DNA from: Candidatus Spongiisociaceae bacterium
GTDB taxonomy: Bacteria > Actinomycetota > Acidimicrobiia > Spongiisociales > Spongiisociaceae
Direction of reading: 5' to 3'
DNA length: 64,000 bases
NCBI GenBank assembly: GCA_965262915.1
Contig: OZ253564.1
Span: 3,680,001-3,744,000, forward strand
A program made the translations under genes and the position numbers. Below the pieces are notes generated by a model. The model was not told the origin of the DNA. It worked only from the letters and a program-made list of their open reading frames with translations, and did not search any database. Positions 38,493 through 46,223 of the stretch are shown piece by piece. The stretch's first letter is position 1. The number at the start of each line of letters is the position of its first letter.

Positions 38493-39290
38493 ATGTCGTT
38501 CACGATCACCCCGCTGGTAATGGCCTACGGACCCCAGCGGGAAAAGTCCCGTTTCACTTTTCTGCACAACTTCGGAGAGAAGATCGACCTCCCCTACGTT
38601 TCCTGGCTCATCCAGGACTCCGAGCGGGGCCTCAACGTGCTGGTCGATGTCGGGTGCAGCGCGGAGGAATACACGAACCACATCAAGCCCCCAGGAGAAA
38701 CCAGATTGCGGCACGCCGGTGAGGAATTCGCCGACGTCATCAACATCCGTCCTCTCGACCAGCTGCTGGCCGACCGCGGGCTCGACACCGGCGACATCGA
38801 CTTCATCGTCCTCACCCACCTGGATTGGGACCACTGCATGAACCTGCCCCTGTTTTCCGACACGCGGGTGATCGTCCAGCGGAAGGAGTGGGACGCTCTC
38901 CCACCCCATCCGTTCATAGCCTCAGGGTTCGCTCCCGATTACCGGTACCAGGAGATGGCGATACAGGGGATCGAACTTATCGAAGGCGACCAGCAGCTGG
39001 TTCCGGGATTGGATGTGCTCTTCACGCCCGGACACACGCCGGGCGGACAGTCGATCGCGGTTGAGACACCGAGAGGCCGCTACGTGATCGCCGGCCTCTG
39101 CACGATATGGGAGAACTACTTCCCAGACCCCGAGATCCTCAAGACCGCCAAGTACGAGGTAATCCCCCCGGGGGGCCACACCGACCTGTTCGCCGCCTAC
39201 AACAGCGTGGTGCGGATCCGTGACGAAGCGGGTACCCAGCTGCTTCCGGCCCACCATCTCGAGGCGTTCGATATGGAGCCGATCGCTTGA
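38493..39290 (+). CDS. MBL-fold lactonase-like hydrolase with variant metal ligands
   Basis: LVDVG, THLDWDH, TPGHTPG, PAHH. Confidence 0.8.
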   Translation: MSFTITPLVMAYGPQREKSRFTFLHNFGEKIDLPYVSWLIQDSERGLNVLVDVGCSAEEYTNHIKPPGETRLRHAGEEFADVINIRPLDQLLADRGLDTGDIDFIVLTHLDWDHCMNLPLFSDTRVIVQRKEWDALPPHPFIASGFAPDYRYQEMAIQGIELIEGDQQLVPGLDVLFTPGHTPGGQSIAVETPRGRYVIAGLCTIWENYFPDPEILKTAKYEVIPPGGHTDLFAAYNSVVRIRDEAGTQLLPAHHLEAFDMEPIA

Positions 39291-39667
39291 GCCTCTCGAG
39301 CGAAGAATCCGGTAACCGGGGTCTGGTAGCGGCTATGGTCGACGCGCTCAACGAGGCCGACATCGACCGGTTCGTCTCCTACTACACCGACGATGTCGAG
39401 GTGGACATCCTCCGCTTCGGACGGCATCTGAAGGGCGCCCGAGCCGTGGGGAAATGGATCGAGGACGCCTTCGATGCCCTCGATGGGTTCTGCAACGACA
39501 TCATCGGAATCTACGGGGACGGCGAGACGATCGCCTTGGAGGTGATCGCCCGCGGCACGGCTACGCGGCCGTTCGCGGGCAGGGAGGTTGGCGAACCTCT
39601 CGACGCTCACGAGGTGTACATCTACACCTTCCGTGACGGAAAGATCGCCGATGTCCGCGCCTACTAG
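39287..39667 (+). CDS. SnoaL/NTF2-like protein
   Basis: 126 aa; 'A.N..DID....YTDD', 'YTFRDGKI..VRAY'. Confidence 0.8.
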   Translation: MSLSSEESGNRGLVAAMVDALNEADIDRFVSYYTDDVEVDILRFGRHLKGARAVGKWIEDAFDALDGFCNDIIGIYGDGETIALEVIARGTATRPFAGREVGEPLDAHEVYIYTFRDGKIADVRAY

Positions 39668-39687
39668 AAGCGGTGGACCCCCATTGG

Positions 39688-39786
39688 GAGGGTGCTGAGA
39701 AACCCCCTGACGGCCCGTCGGCCGATGACATAATGCCTGTTCAGAGGAGGACGGGTCGTTGCTCCCCACCGTTTTGCAGCACCCTC
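39688..39786. mobile_element. MITE-like element, family 2, copy a
   Basis: GAGGGTGCTGAGAAAC ... GTTTTGCAGCACCCTC, followed by CTAG. Confidence 0.6.
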
Positions 39787-39843
39787 CTAGAATTCCGACC
39801 GGTGGTGGCGTCGAGCTACGGATAGCAGCCGGGCCGACATGGA

Positions 39844-39910
39844 AAGATATGAATATCTTTCTCGAATAAGCGTGGATTTGCCCCTTTCTCCAGAAAGATA
39901 GTCTTATCTT
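39844..39910. promoter_or_regulatory. Two copies of palindrome AAGATA-N4-TATCTT (candidate TF operators)
   Basis: 39844-39859 AAGATAtgaaTATCTT and 39895-39910 AAGATAgtctTATCTT, in an AT-rich patch upstream of the deaminase. Confidence 0.65.
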
Positions 39911-40031
39911 GAGGTGTTGCCCAGACCAATCGGACATGCCTAGGGAAGCGCCAGACCTGCGCGATGCGGTGATCCATCGTTTGCATCCACCTACGATCAG
40001 GGTTAGAAACAGGCAGCAGCAGGAGGCGTGG

Positions 40032-40616
40032 ATGAACCGAACCGAGCCTATCCCACCGGATGTCCGCACGCGGCTGACCGAGTTGCGCACCGAGGTCGGC
40101 GGCCACCACGACCGTGAACCTCACGATCGGTACAGCCGGATGGCGATCGACCAAGCTATCGAAGGGGGATTGGAGGGCAACGCGGCGATCGGAGCGCTGA
40201 TCGTAGACCCGGACGGTGAAGTGATAGTCAGCGAGCGCAACCGGATGTTCGTCCCCCGGTTCAGGAGCGACTTCCACGCCGAGATGGTGCTCCTGACCCG
40301 CTACGAGAACGAGCTTGGCAACCGGGCCGATCTCCGTAGCCATACTCTGGTCACTTCCCTGGAGCCTTGCGAGATGTGCATGATCCGTATCATCAACTCC
40401 GGCGTGACCAACACCCTGTACGTCGCCTCCGACTTGGGGAAGGGGGGTATCACCGGTCCCAACCAGCTGGCTCCCCACTGGGCCCGGCTGGCCGAGCCAC
40501 AGAACTTTGCAACTGCGGATTGCTCCCCCCGGTTGGCCGAGATCGCCCTGGAAGTCTTCCAAGCGACGATCGGTGGCGTCATCGAGAAGATGATGGCCCG
40601 CCGCCTACCCGGGTAA
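40032..40616 (+). CDS. Cytidine-deaminase-fold nucleobase/nucleoside deaminase
   Basis: HAE and EPCEMC Zn motifs; AGGAGG before ATG 40032. Confidence 0.85.
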   Translation: MNRTEPIPPDVRTRLTELRTEVGGHHDREPHDRYSRMAIDQAIEGGLEGNAAIGALIVDPDGEVIVSERNRMFVPRFRSDFHAEMVLLTRYENELGNRADLRSHTLVTSLEPCEMCMIRIINSGVTNTLYVASDLGKGGITGPNQLAPHWARLAEPQNFATADCSPRLAEIALEVFQATIGGVIEKMMARRLPG

Positions 40617-40709
40617 TCGGCAAGGGGAACGACAGGACGACTAACCGATACTCACTCAGTCTCGTTACGGGCGGAGCACACGATCCCGAACGAGACCCAG
40701 GAGGTAACG

Positions 40710-41216
40710 ATGGACACAGCCATTACCACCACCGAGATCGTCTTCCGGCTGATACCGCTGCTCCTTGTCCTTGGCACCGCCGTCATGGGTCTCATCGTCT
40801 GCCTCAACAACATCACGGCCCCTGGAGCGAACCTCCGGTTCGTGGAGCACATCATGACCATGGACACCACCAACATGGACCGTGGTACGCAGTGGCGCGA
40901 GATCAGATCGCCGGCGCTGCACCGGGCAGCGTTCGTCTCCATCCTGGTTTGCGAGGTGGCGGTCACCGTGCTCGGACTGGTCGGTAGCTACTTCCTGGCC
41001 GTCAACCTCACCGCTGCGGCCAGCTCCTGGGAGTCCGCCAAGCTGTTCGGCTATCTGACGTTCATCATGGCCCTGGCGGTGTGGTTCCTGATCATCCAGG
41101 TGGTGGGGGCCGAGTGGTACGTCAGTTGGCAGTCGGAGAAGTGGAACGCCATCCGCGACTCCACCCGCATCAACCTGATCACCATCGCCGGAGTCATCCT
41201 TCTGCGGCTGTCGTAG
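40710..41216 (+). CDS. DUF2165-like membrane protein
   Basis: 'NNIT...AN..FV.HIMTMDTT', 'WR.I.SP.LH', 'GAEWY.SWQS..WN'. Confidence 0.75.
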   Translation: MDTAITTTEIVFRLIPLLLVLGTAVMGLIVCLNNITAPGANLRFVEHIMTMDTTNMDRGTQWREIRSPALHRAAFVSILVCEVAVTVLGLVGSYFLAVNLTAAASSWESAKLFGYLTFIMALAVWFLIIQVVGAEWYVSWQSEKWNAIRDSTRINLITIAGVILLRLS

Positions 41217-41289
41217 GTTGCGGTAGTCGGTGGTCAGTGGCCGGCGGACAGGGAGTCCACCAACGTATAGGGTCTCGAATGCAGAACAG

Positions 41290-41577
41290 CTACTCGACCG
41301 GGACCGGTGGTGGGGCCGGATCCACGACAGCTGTCGTCAAACCGTCACGAGCTTCCAGATAACCCTCGACCCTCGCAACCGCCACCTTCAGATCGGCGCC
41401 ATCCCGCTCCAAGTTGCCGATCTTTCCATCCAACTTGTAATAGACACCGTCGACCTTGGCATCGAGATCGGCGATCCTTCGATCGAGCCGGACGAACAGC
41501 GCGATGACCACGCCGATGGTGGTCATCGACATACCCACTATTGCGACGAGCATCACCAGGATCTCCGTTGCGATCAA
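41290..41577 (-). CDS. Small protein, N-terminal TM plus coiled coil, copy A
   Basis: GGAGTGAGG upstream; hydrophobic N-terminus then heptads ending 'VARVEG'. Confidence 0.65.
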   Translation of the reverse strand: MIATEILVMLVAIVGMSMTTIGVVIALFVRLDRRIADLDAKVDGVYYKLDGKIGNLERDGADLKVAVARVEGYLEARDGLTTAVVDPAPPPVPVE

Positions 41578-42054
41578 GACCTCACTCCTACCACGTGAAC
41601 AATCTTAACATACCAAATCTATCAAGCGGAAACCAGTAGTCGATGGCCGGAAGCCGGTCGCCGGAGGTAGGTGATCAGTCGCCGGAGGTCGGAGGACGGG
41701 GGTCGGCCAACCTAGCGGGTCTCGATCGGCGGAACGGCTACTCGACCGGGACCGATGGTGGGGCCGGATCCACGGCTGCGGTAGCAAAACCGTCGCGAGC
41801 TTCCAGATAACCCTCGATCCTCGCAACCGCCACCCTCAAGTCGACCACATCCTCCACCAAGTTGCTCATCTTGGCGTCCAACTTGTGATACACACCGTCG
41901 ATCCTTCGATCGAGCCGGACGAACAGCGCGATGACCACGCCGATGGTGGTCATCGACATACCCACTATTGCGACGAGCATCACCAGGATCTCCGTTGCGA
42001 TCAAGACCTCACTCCTACCACGTGAACAATCTTAACATACCAAATCTATCAAGC
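41472..42054. repeat. 156-bp direct repeat (41472-41627 / 41899-42054) covering the promoter and 5' end of the two paralogs
   Basis: Appears identical by eye, offset 427. Confidence 0.85.
41738..42004 (-). CDS. Small protein, N-terminal TM plus coiled coil, copy B
   Basis: First 35 aa identical to copy A; 7 aa shorter. Confidence 0.65.
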   Translation of the reverse strand: MIATEILVMLVAIVGMSMTTIGVVIALFVRLDRRIDGVYHKLDAKMSNLVEDVVDLRVAVARIEGYLEARDGFATAAVDPAPPSVPVE

Positions 42055-42102
42055 AGGTACCAGTAGTCGGGGGCCGGTGATCAGTCGCCGGGGGACGGAG
42101 CG

Positions 42103-42264
42103 AGTGGTCTATCTGTGAAATGGCGTCGTGGGATGCGGTGGCAGCGGCGTTCCTCGCAAAGCCGCCGCCGACCGCGTACGGCAGCGTATGTCGCGAAGGC
42201 GGAATGCAGCATGGGGCGTCGCCGTCAAGCAGGGCACGGCAAGTTGTATTGCGGACAGACCACT
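42103..42264 (+). mobile_element. MITE/REP-like element, family 1, copy b (long interior)
   Basis: AGTGGTCTATCTGTGAAATGGC ... GTTGTATTGCGGACAGACCACT. Confidence 0.65.
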
Positions 42265-42265
42265 T

Positions 42266-43180
42266 CTAGACCGCGAGTACGCGGGCCGGGTTGGCGTGGG
42301 TCATGGCATGGATCGCTTCCTCACTGACCCCTTCGGCGCGCAGCATGGGTAGGAAGGTCTCGATCAGGTATTGGTAGCCATGACCACCGTTGGTCTTCAG
42401 GCGGGGCCGGGCCGGCATGTCCTGGGCGATGACGAGGCGGTCCTGATGCCCCTGTCGGACCAGTTCGGCCAGGAACTCGGCCCGTCGCTTATCCGAGTTG
42501 ATCCACTCGATGCCGATCAGGTCGAACTCCATGTAGGCGCCGGTGGCGGCCACCCGCTCCAGTTCCGGCATCTCCAAGACCCCGTCGAGGTGGCCGAAGA
42601 TCACCCTATCCACCTCGACTCCCTCCTCCTGGAAGATCTCGAGGAACTCCAGCGCCATGTACATGGTGGTATGGGTGGTTAGGGCCAGGCCGGTCGCTAC
42701 CTGGGCGCGGGCCGCGGCACGCAGAACACGCTCCTCGACCCCTTGAATCCAGGCCTTGTCGAGGCCGATCTCGCCGATGATGCCCGGCCTGATACCGGTA
42801 TCGCCCACACCGTTGCGTATCTCGTCGATCATGTAGTCGGCCAGCCTCTGGGTGGTCCATTTGTTCACGAACTCCGGGTAGTAGGGCTCGCGGTAGAAGC
42901 CGGTTCCCATCACGATATGGACACCGCTCGCCTCCGATACCCGGCGCAGCTTCTCGGGATCACGCCCGATGTGCTCCAGGGTCGGGTCCACCAGGGTTCC
43001 CCCACCGGCTTCCCCATAGAGCCGCACCTCCTCGGTCATCTGCACCTCGTCGGTGATCGGGATGGCCAGCCAGCGGTGCCTGGCCCAGGAGAGATCGGCG
43101 AATACATGGTCGTGCATCTGGGTGTGGCCGAGGTCGCCGGGCGAGACCGGGCCGCGTACCGTCATCACCTGCCTGGACAC
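42266..43180 (-). CDS. Phosphotriesterase-family (PHP/PLL-like) hydrolase
   Basis: 'VMTVRGP', HDH, 'GRDP..L..VS..SG..IV.GTG.Y', GEIG, TH, GHLD, AQD. Confidence 0.9.
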   Translation of the reverse strand: MSRQVMTVRGPVSPGDLGHTQMHDHVFADLSWARHRWLAIPITDEVQMTEEVRLYGEAGGGTLVDPTLEHIGRDPEKLRRVSEASGVHIVMGTGFYREPYYPEFVNKWTTQRLADYMIDEIRNGVGDTGIRPGIIGEIGLDKAWIQGVEERVLRAAARAQVATGLALTTHTTMYMALEFLEIFQEEGVEVDRVIFGHLDGVLEMPELERVAATGAYMEFDLIGIEWINSDKRRAEFLAELVRQGHQDRLVIAQDMPARPRLKTNGGHGYQYLIETFLPMLRAEGVSEEAIHAMTHANPARVLAV

Positions 43181-43251
43181 GATTCGCTACCTCCCGTCAG
43201 ATCTCCGGAACACGATCATCCCGGTTGTCGCGGTCCGCAGCCGAGTCCGGC

Positions 43252-44136
43252 TCAAGGCGATCCCGAACGGGCTGCCTCGATCGCCTCCCGCGCAAAGGCG
43301 GCGCCGCGCTCGAACACACGCTCGGCATGCTCCTCCCGGGCGTGATCCTCGAAGGCCGCGTATTTGGCGGTTCCGTCCCGTTCCATCTCCATCAACAGGC
43401 CCCGGTAGTTGATCCCGTCGTCACCGACCGCAACCGGAATGTAGGTCCCGGCGTGGGTGTCGGACAGCGTCTCGTACTGGTCCTCCGATCCATGCAGCTT
43501 CTCCGAGAAGCGGGCCATGCCCTTGAGATGCGCGTACGCGATGTAGTCGCGCAGAATCCGGTAGCCGTAGGGCCAGGGCTCGATTCCGGCCGTGTATACG
43601 TTTCCTGCGTCGAAGTTGACCCTGACGTGGGGTACGTCGAGGGCGTCCAGGAAACGGGCCGTCAGTTCCGGCTCCCGCACGACATCGGTGCGCTCCGGAT
43701 CCTCGTTGCGGAGATCAAAGTGGTTCTCCAGCAGCATCGTGATGCCCTTGCGGGCCGCCAAGTCGTGGCAGGGTTCCATCCGCCTCTTGTACCGCTCCAC
43801 GATCTCGTCGAAACCCCAGGCAGGGTTGTGCCCCGGATAGGTGATGACGAACTCGGCGCCCACACCCTCGGCAAGATCGATGATGTTGCAGATGGCTCTC
43901 TGCACGGTGCCCACATCATCGGTGATCATCGCGCGGAACTTCGCCGTGGCGTTGACGCAGACGATGCGGACTCCGTACCCGTCGAGGGTCTCGGCGGCAC
44001 GGTCGAAACCGTCGTTCTGGGGGTAGTACACGAGTTCGAGGGCACCGATGCCGAGACGCCGGCATCGTTCACCGAGCTGATCATAGGTGGGGTGCCAGCG
44101 ATTCCAGGACGAGTCCGCGCAGATCGCCAATTCCAT
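43252..44136 (-). CDS. Sugar-phosphate isomerase/epimerase-like TIM-barrel protein
   Basis: LENH, NFDAGN, HLKG, 'G.G.INY', FE motifs. Confidence 0.8.
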   Translation of the reverse strand: MELAICADSSWNRWHPTYDQLGERCRRLGIGALELVYYPQNDGFDRAAETLDGYGVRIVCVNATAKFRAMITDDVGTVQRAICNIIDLAEGVGAEFVITYPGHNPAWGFDEIVERYKRRMEPCHDLAARKGITMLLENHFDLRNEDPERTDVVREPELTARFLDALDVPHVRVNFDAGNVYTAGIEPWPYGYRILRDYIAYAHLKGMARFSEKLHGSEDQYETLSDTHAGTYIPVAVGDDGINYRGLLMEMERDGTAKYAAFEDHAREEHAERVFERGAAFAREAIEAARSGSP

Positions 44137-44189
44137 CTTCTCGTCCTCTCTTCCAGCAACCGGGTGGGTGATCGATGATCCGCATAGGT

Positions 44190-44264
44190 TAGTGGTCTGC
44201 CTGCAAGACAACTCGGCGTGGTCTGGCTGCAGACCACGCAGCCATTTCAGAGACAGACCACTAG
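44190..44264 (-). mobile_element. MITE/REP-like element, family 1, copy c (short, inverted)
   Basis: Reverse complement reads CTAGTGGTCTGTCTCTGAAATGGC ... GAGTTGTCTTGCAGGCAGACCACTA. Confidence 0.65.
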
Positions 44265-44274
44265 ATTCCCGAAC

Positions 44275-45630
44275 ATGGTGAGCGCGCCCCGGATCGTCAC
44301 GAAGATCGGCCTGGCGCTGACCGCATGTCTGGTGATCCTCGCCTGCGGCAGCGACCCGGCCGTGATCGAGACATCGACATCGGCCCCCCGGACATCGATC
44401 ACCACGGCTGCCCCCGTCGCAACATCGGTCAGCACGACCCCGACTTCGACATCGACATCGACATCGTCAGCGACCACGTCCGGCTCGACGGACACGAGCA
44501 CCACTTCGGCTGAGCCCGCGGTTCTCACCGTGGAGGTGGTCATCACCGAGCTGGAGAACCCCCGCGGGGTCGGGATCGACGCGGAGGGTGCTCTGCTGAT
44601 CGCGGAAGCCGGATACGGGGAGGACGCCGAGGACCTGATCCTGAGGACTGGCCGGCTGACCCGCTTCCTGGACCTCGACGGAGACGGCGACTTCGACGAC
44701 CCCGGAGAAGCCGAACGGTGGTTGGACAACCTGTTCAGCTTCAACTCGGTGAACAAGTACCAGACCGGTCGCGATGAGGTGAGCGGGGCGACGGACGTGC
44801 TGGTTCACGACGACGGAAGGGTGTTCCTGTCCCTCGACGGCGGCATAGATCAGGCGGGCGGTACCTTCATCCTCTTCGAGATGGACGGCAAGGGGACCCT
44901 GCTCCGGGAAATACTCCAGGACTCCAACATGACCGGGATCGGGTTCGCTCCCGGACAGAGCAGTGTCTACGCAACCCAGAGCACCCTCAATTCGCTGATC
45001 GAGATCGACCTCGCCGGGGGAGGCCGTCGCGAGATAGTCGTCTTCGAGGATCTCTACAGCGGGCAGCAGGCGGTCCCGGCCGGGCTCGGTGTCGACCCGA
45101 CCACCGGCGACGTACTGGTGGCATTGTTCTCCGGAGTGGCGAAGGCCGAGGGGGTGGCGTGCCGGTTCGTACCCGACGTGATGTGCGACGGCCGCTACTT
45201 ACCGCTGGTTCCAACCGACGCCAGTGTCGTTAGGGTCGATCCCGAGACGGGGATCGTTACCGACGAGGTCACCGGCCTGACTGCGGCGGTCGACGTGGCA
45301 GCCGATGCCGAAGGCAACGTCTTCGTCGTCGAGATGGCGGCCGATCACGCTCAACTCTTCCATCCGGGAGTGGATCTGTTCGCGCCTGACATACGCGCTC
45401 TCCACGGCGGATACGTCAGGTTCAGCGGAAAGGTCACCATGTACCCGGCCGGCAGAAGCCCCCCGCGGGTGCTCGCGGACGGCCTCGACCAACCGACCAA
45501 TGTCACGGTGGGGCCGGACGGCGCGTTGTACGTGTCCACCGGTCAGGGAACCCCCGGCCGGCCCATACCCGGCCCGGGCGGCCGCACGGTCATAGTCGGG
45601 GAGGTAATACGGATCACCGGGTACCGATGA
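44275..45630 (+). CDS. ScyD/ScyE-like beta-propeller lipoprotein
   Basis: Lipobox LACG, Ser/Thr linker, 'L.NPRG...D..G.L.IAEAG', 'QAVP.GL', 'GL..PT.V.VGPDGALYVS'. Confidence 0.7.
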   Translation: MVSAPRIVTKIGLALTACLVILACGSDPAVIETSTSAPRTSITTAAPVATSVSTTPTSTSTSTSSATTSGSTDTSTTSAEPAVLTVEVVITELENPRGVGIDAEGALLIAEAGYGEDAEDLILRTGRLTRFLDLDGDGDFDDPGEAERWLDNLFSFNSVNKYQTGRDEVSGATDVLVHDDGRVFLSLDGGIDQAGGTFILFEMDGKGTLLREILQDSNMTGIGFAPGQSSVYATQSTLNSLIEIDLAGGGRREIVVFEDLYSGQQAVPAGLGVDPTTGDVLVALFSGVAKAEGVACRFVPDVMCDGRYLPLVPTDASVVRVDPETGIVTDEVTGLTAAVDVAADAEGNVFVVEMAADHAQLFHPGVDLFAPDIRALHGGYVRFSGKVTMYPAGRSPPRVLADGLDQPTNVTVGPDGALYVSTGQGTPGRPIPGPGGRTVIVGEVIRITGYR

Positions 45631-45690
45631 CCGTGTGATGGTCGCCGACGGCCGGCTGCCGGCAACGGCCGAGAACGCCCTGCAGGACGG

Positions 45691-45933
45691 TCAATCGCTA
45701 GCCGAGAGAGCCTCGATCGGATTCGACACGTCGAATCGACCCTTGAGTTCACCGACGGTCTTCACGAGGTCGGCGACGACGGCGGTGAGGCGATCGAGAC
45801 GTTCTTCGACTCGACTCAGGTCGGCGCGTCGCGAACGATCGAGGTAGATCATGACGGTCATCATGACACTCATCATCAAGCTCATCATGCCGCCGATTAC
45901 ACCGAAGTCCGCTATATCCACGTTTCCCTCCAA
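45691..45933 (-). CDS. Small protein, N-terminal TM plus coiled coil
   Basis: Met-rich TM followed by 'RVEERLDRL...VGELKG'; AT-rich upstream region. Confidence 0.55.
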   Translation of the reverse strand: MEGNVDIADFGVIGGMMSLMMSVMMTVMIYLDRSRRADLSRVEERLDRLTAVVADLVKTVGELKGRFDVSNPIEALSASD

Positions 45934-46223
45934 GTGCCCCGAGAGCCGGTATCGGGCCCCTGTTGGTCAGTTGGGTTGGCGAGCGGTCCAACCCTCACCG
46001 CTTGTTCTATACTATTACTATATATTAACCATTGTCCATGTATAAAGCTGACAAGAAACAAGCCGGCGGGGGAACCAGGGAGCAGCATGCCGGACACTTG
46101 CCAGGCCGCTCATCAACCCTCGTAAGTCCTCTGCCGGCTGTGGACGGCGAGAAGCAAGGCCACTATGTTTACGAGGTCGCATCGGCACCGGCCGCATCAG
46201 CCAACGAGCAAGAGGAGAGCCGT

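Noticed and set aside
39686-39750. Possible TPP riboswitch (GCTGAGA...ACCC...TAATGCC) near the TenA cluster
   Set aside because: It lacks the AACCTGA and GCGTAGG core, lies downstream of the operon, and is better explained as the left TIR of a MITE.
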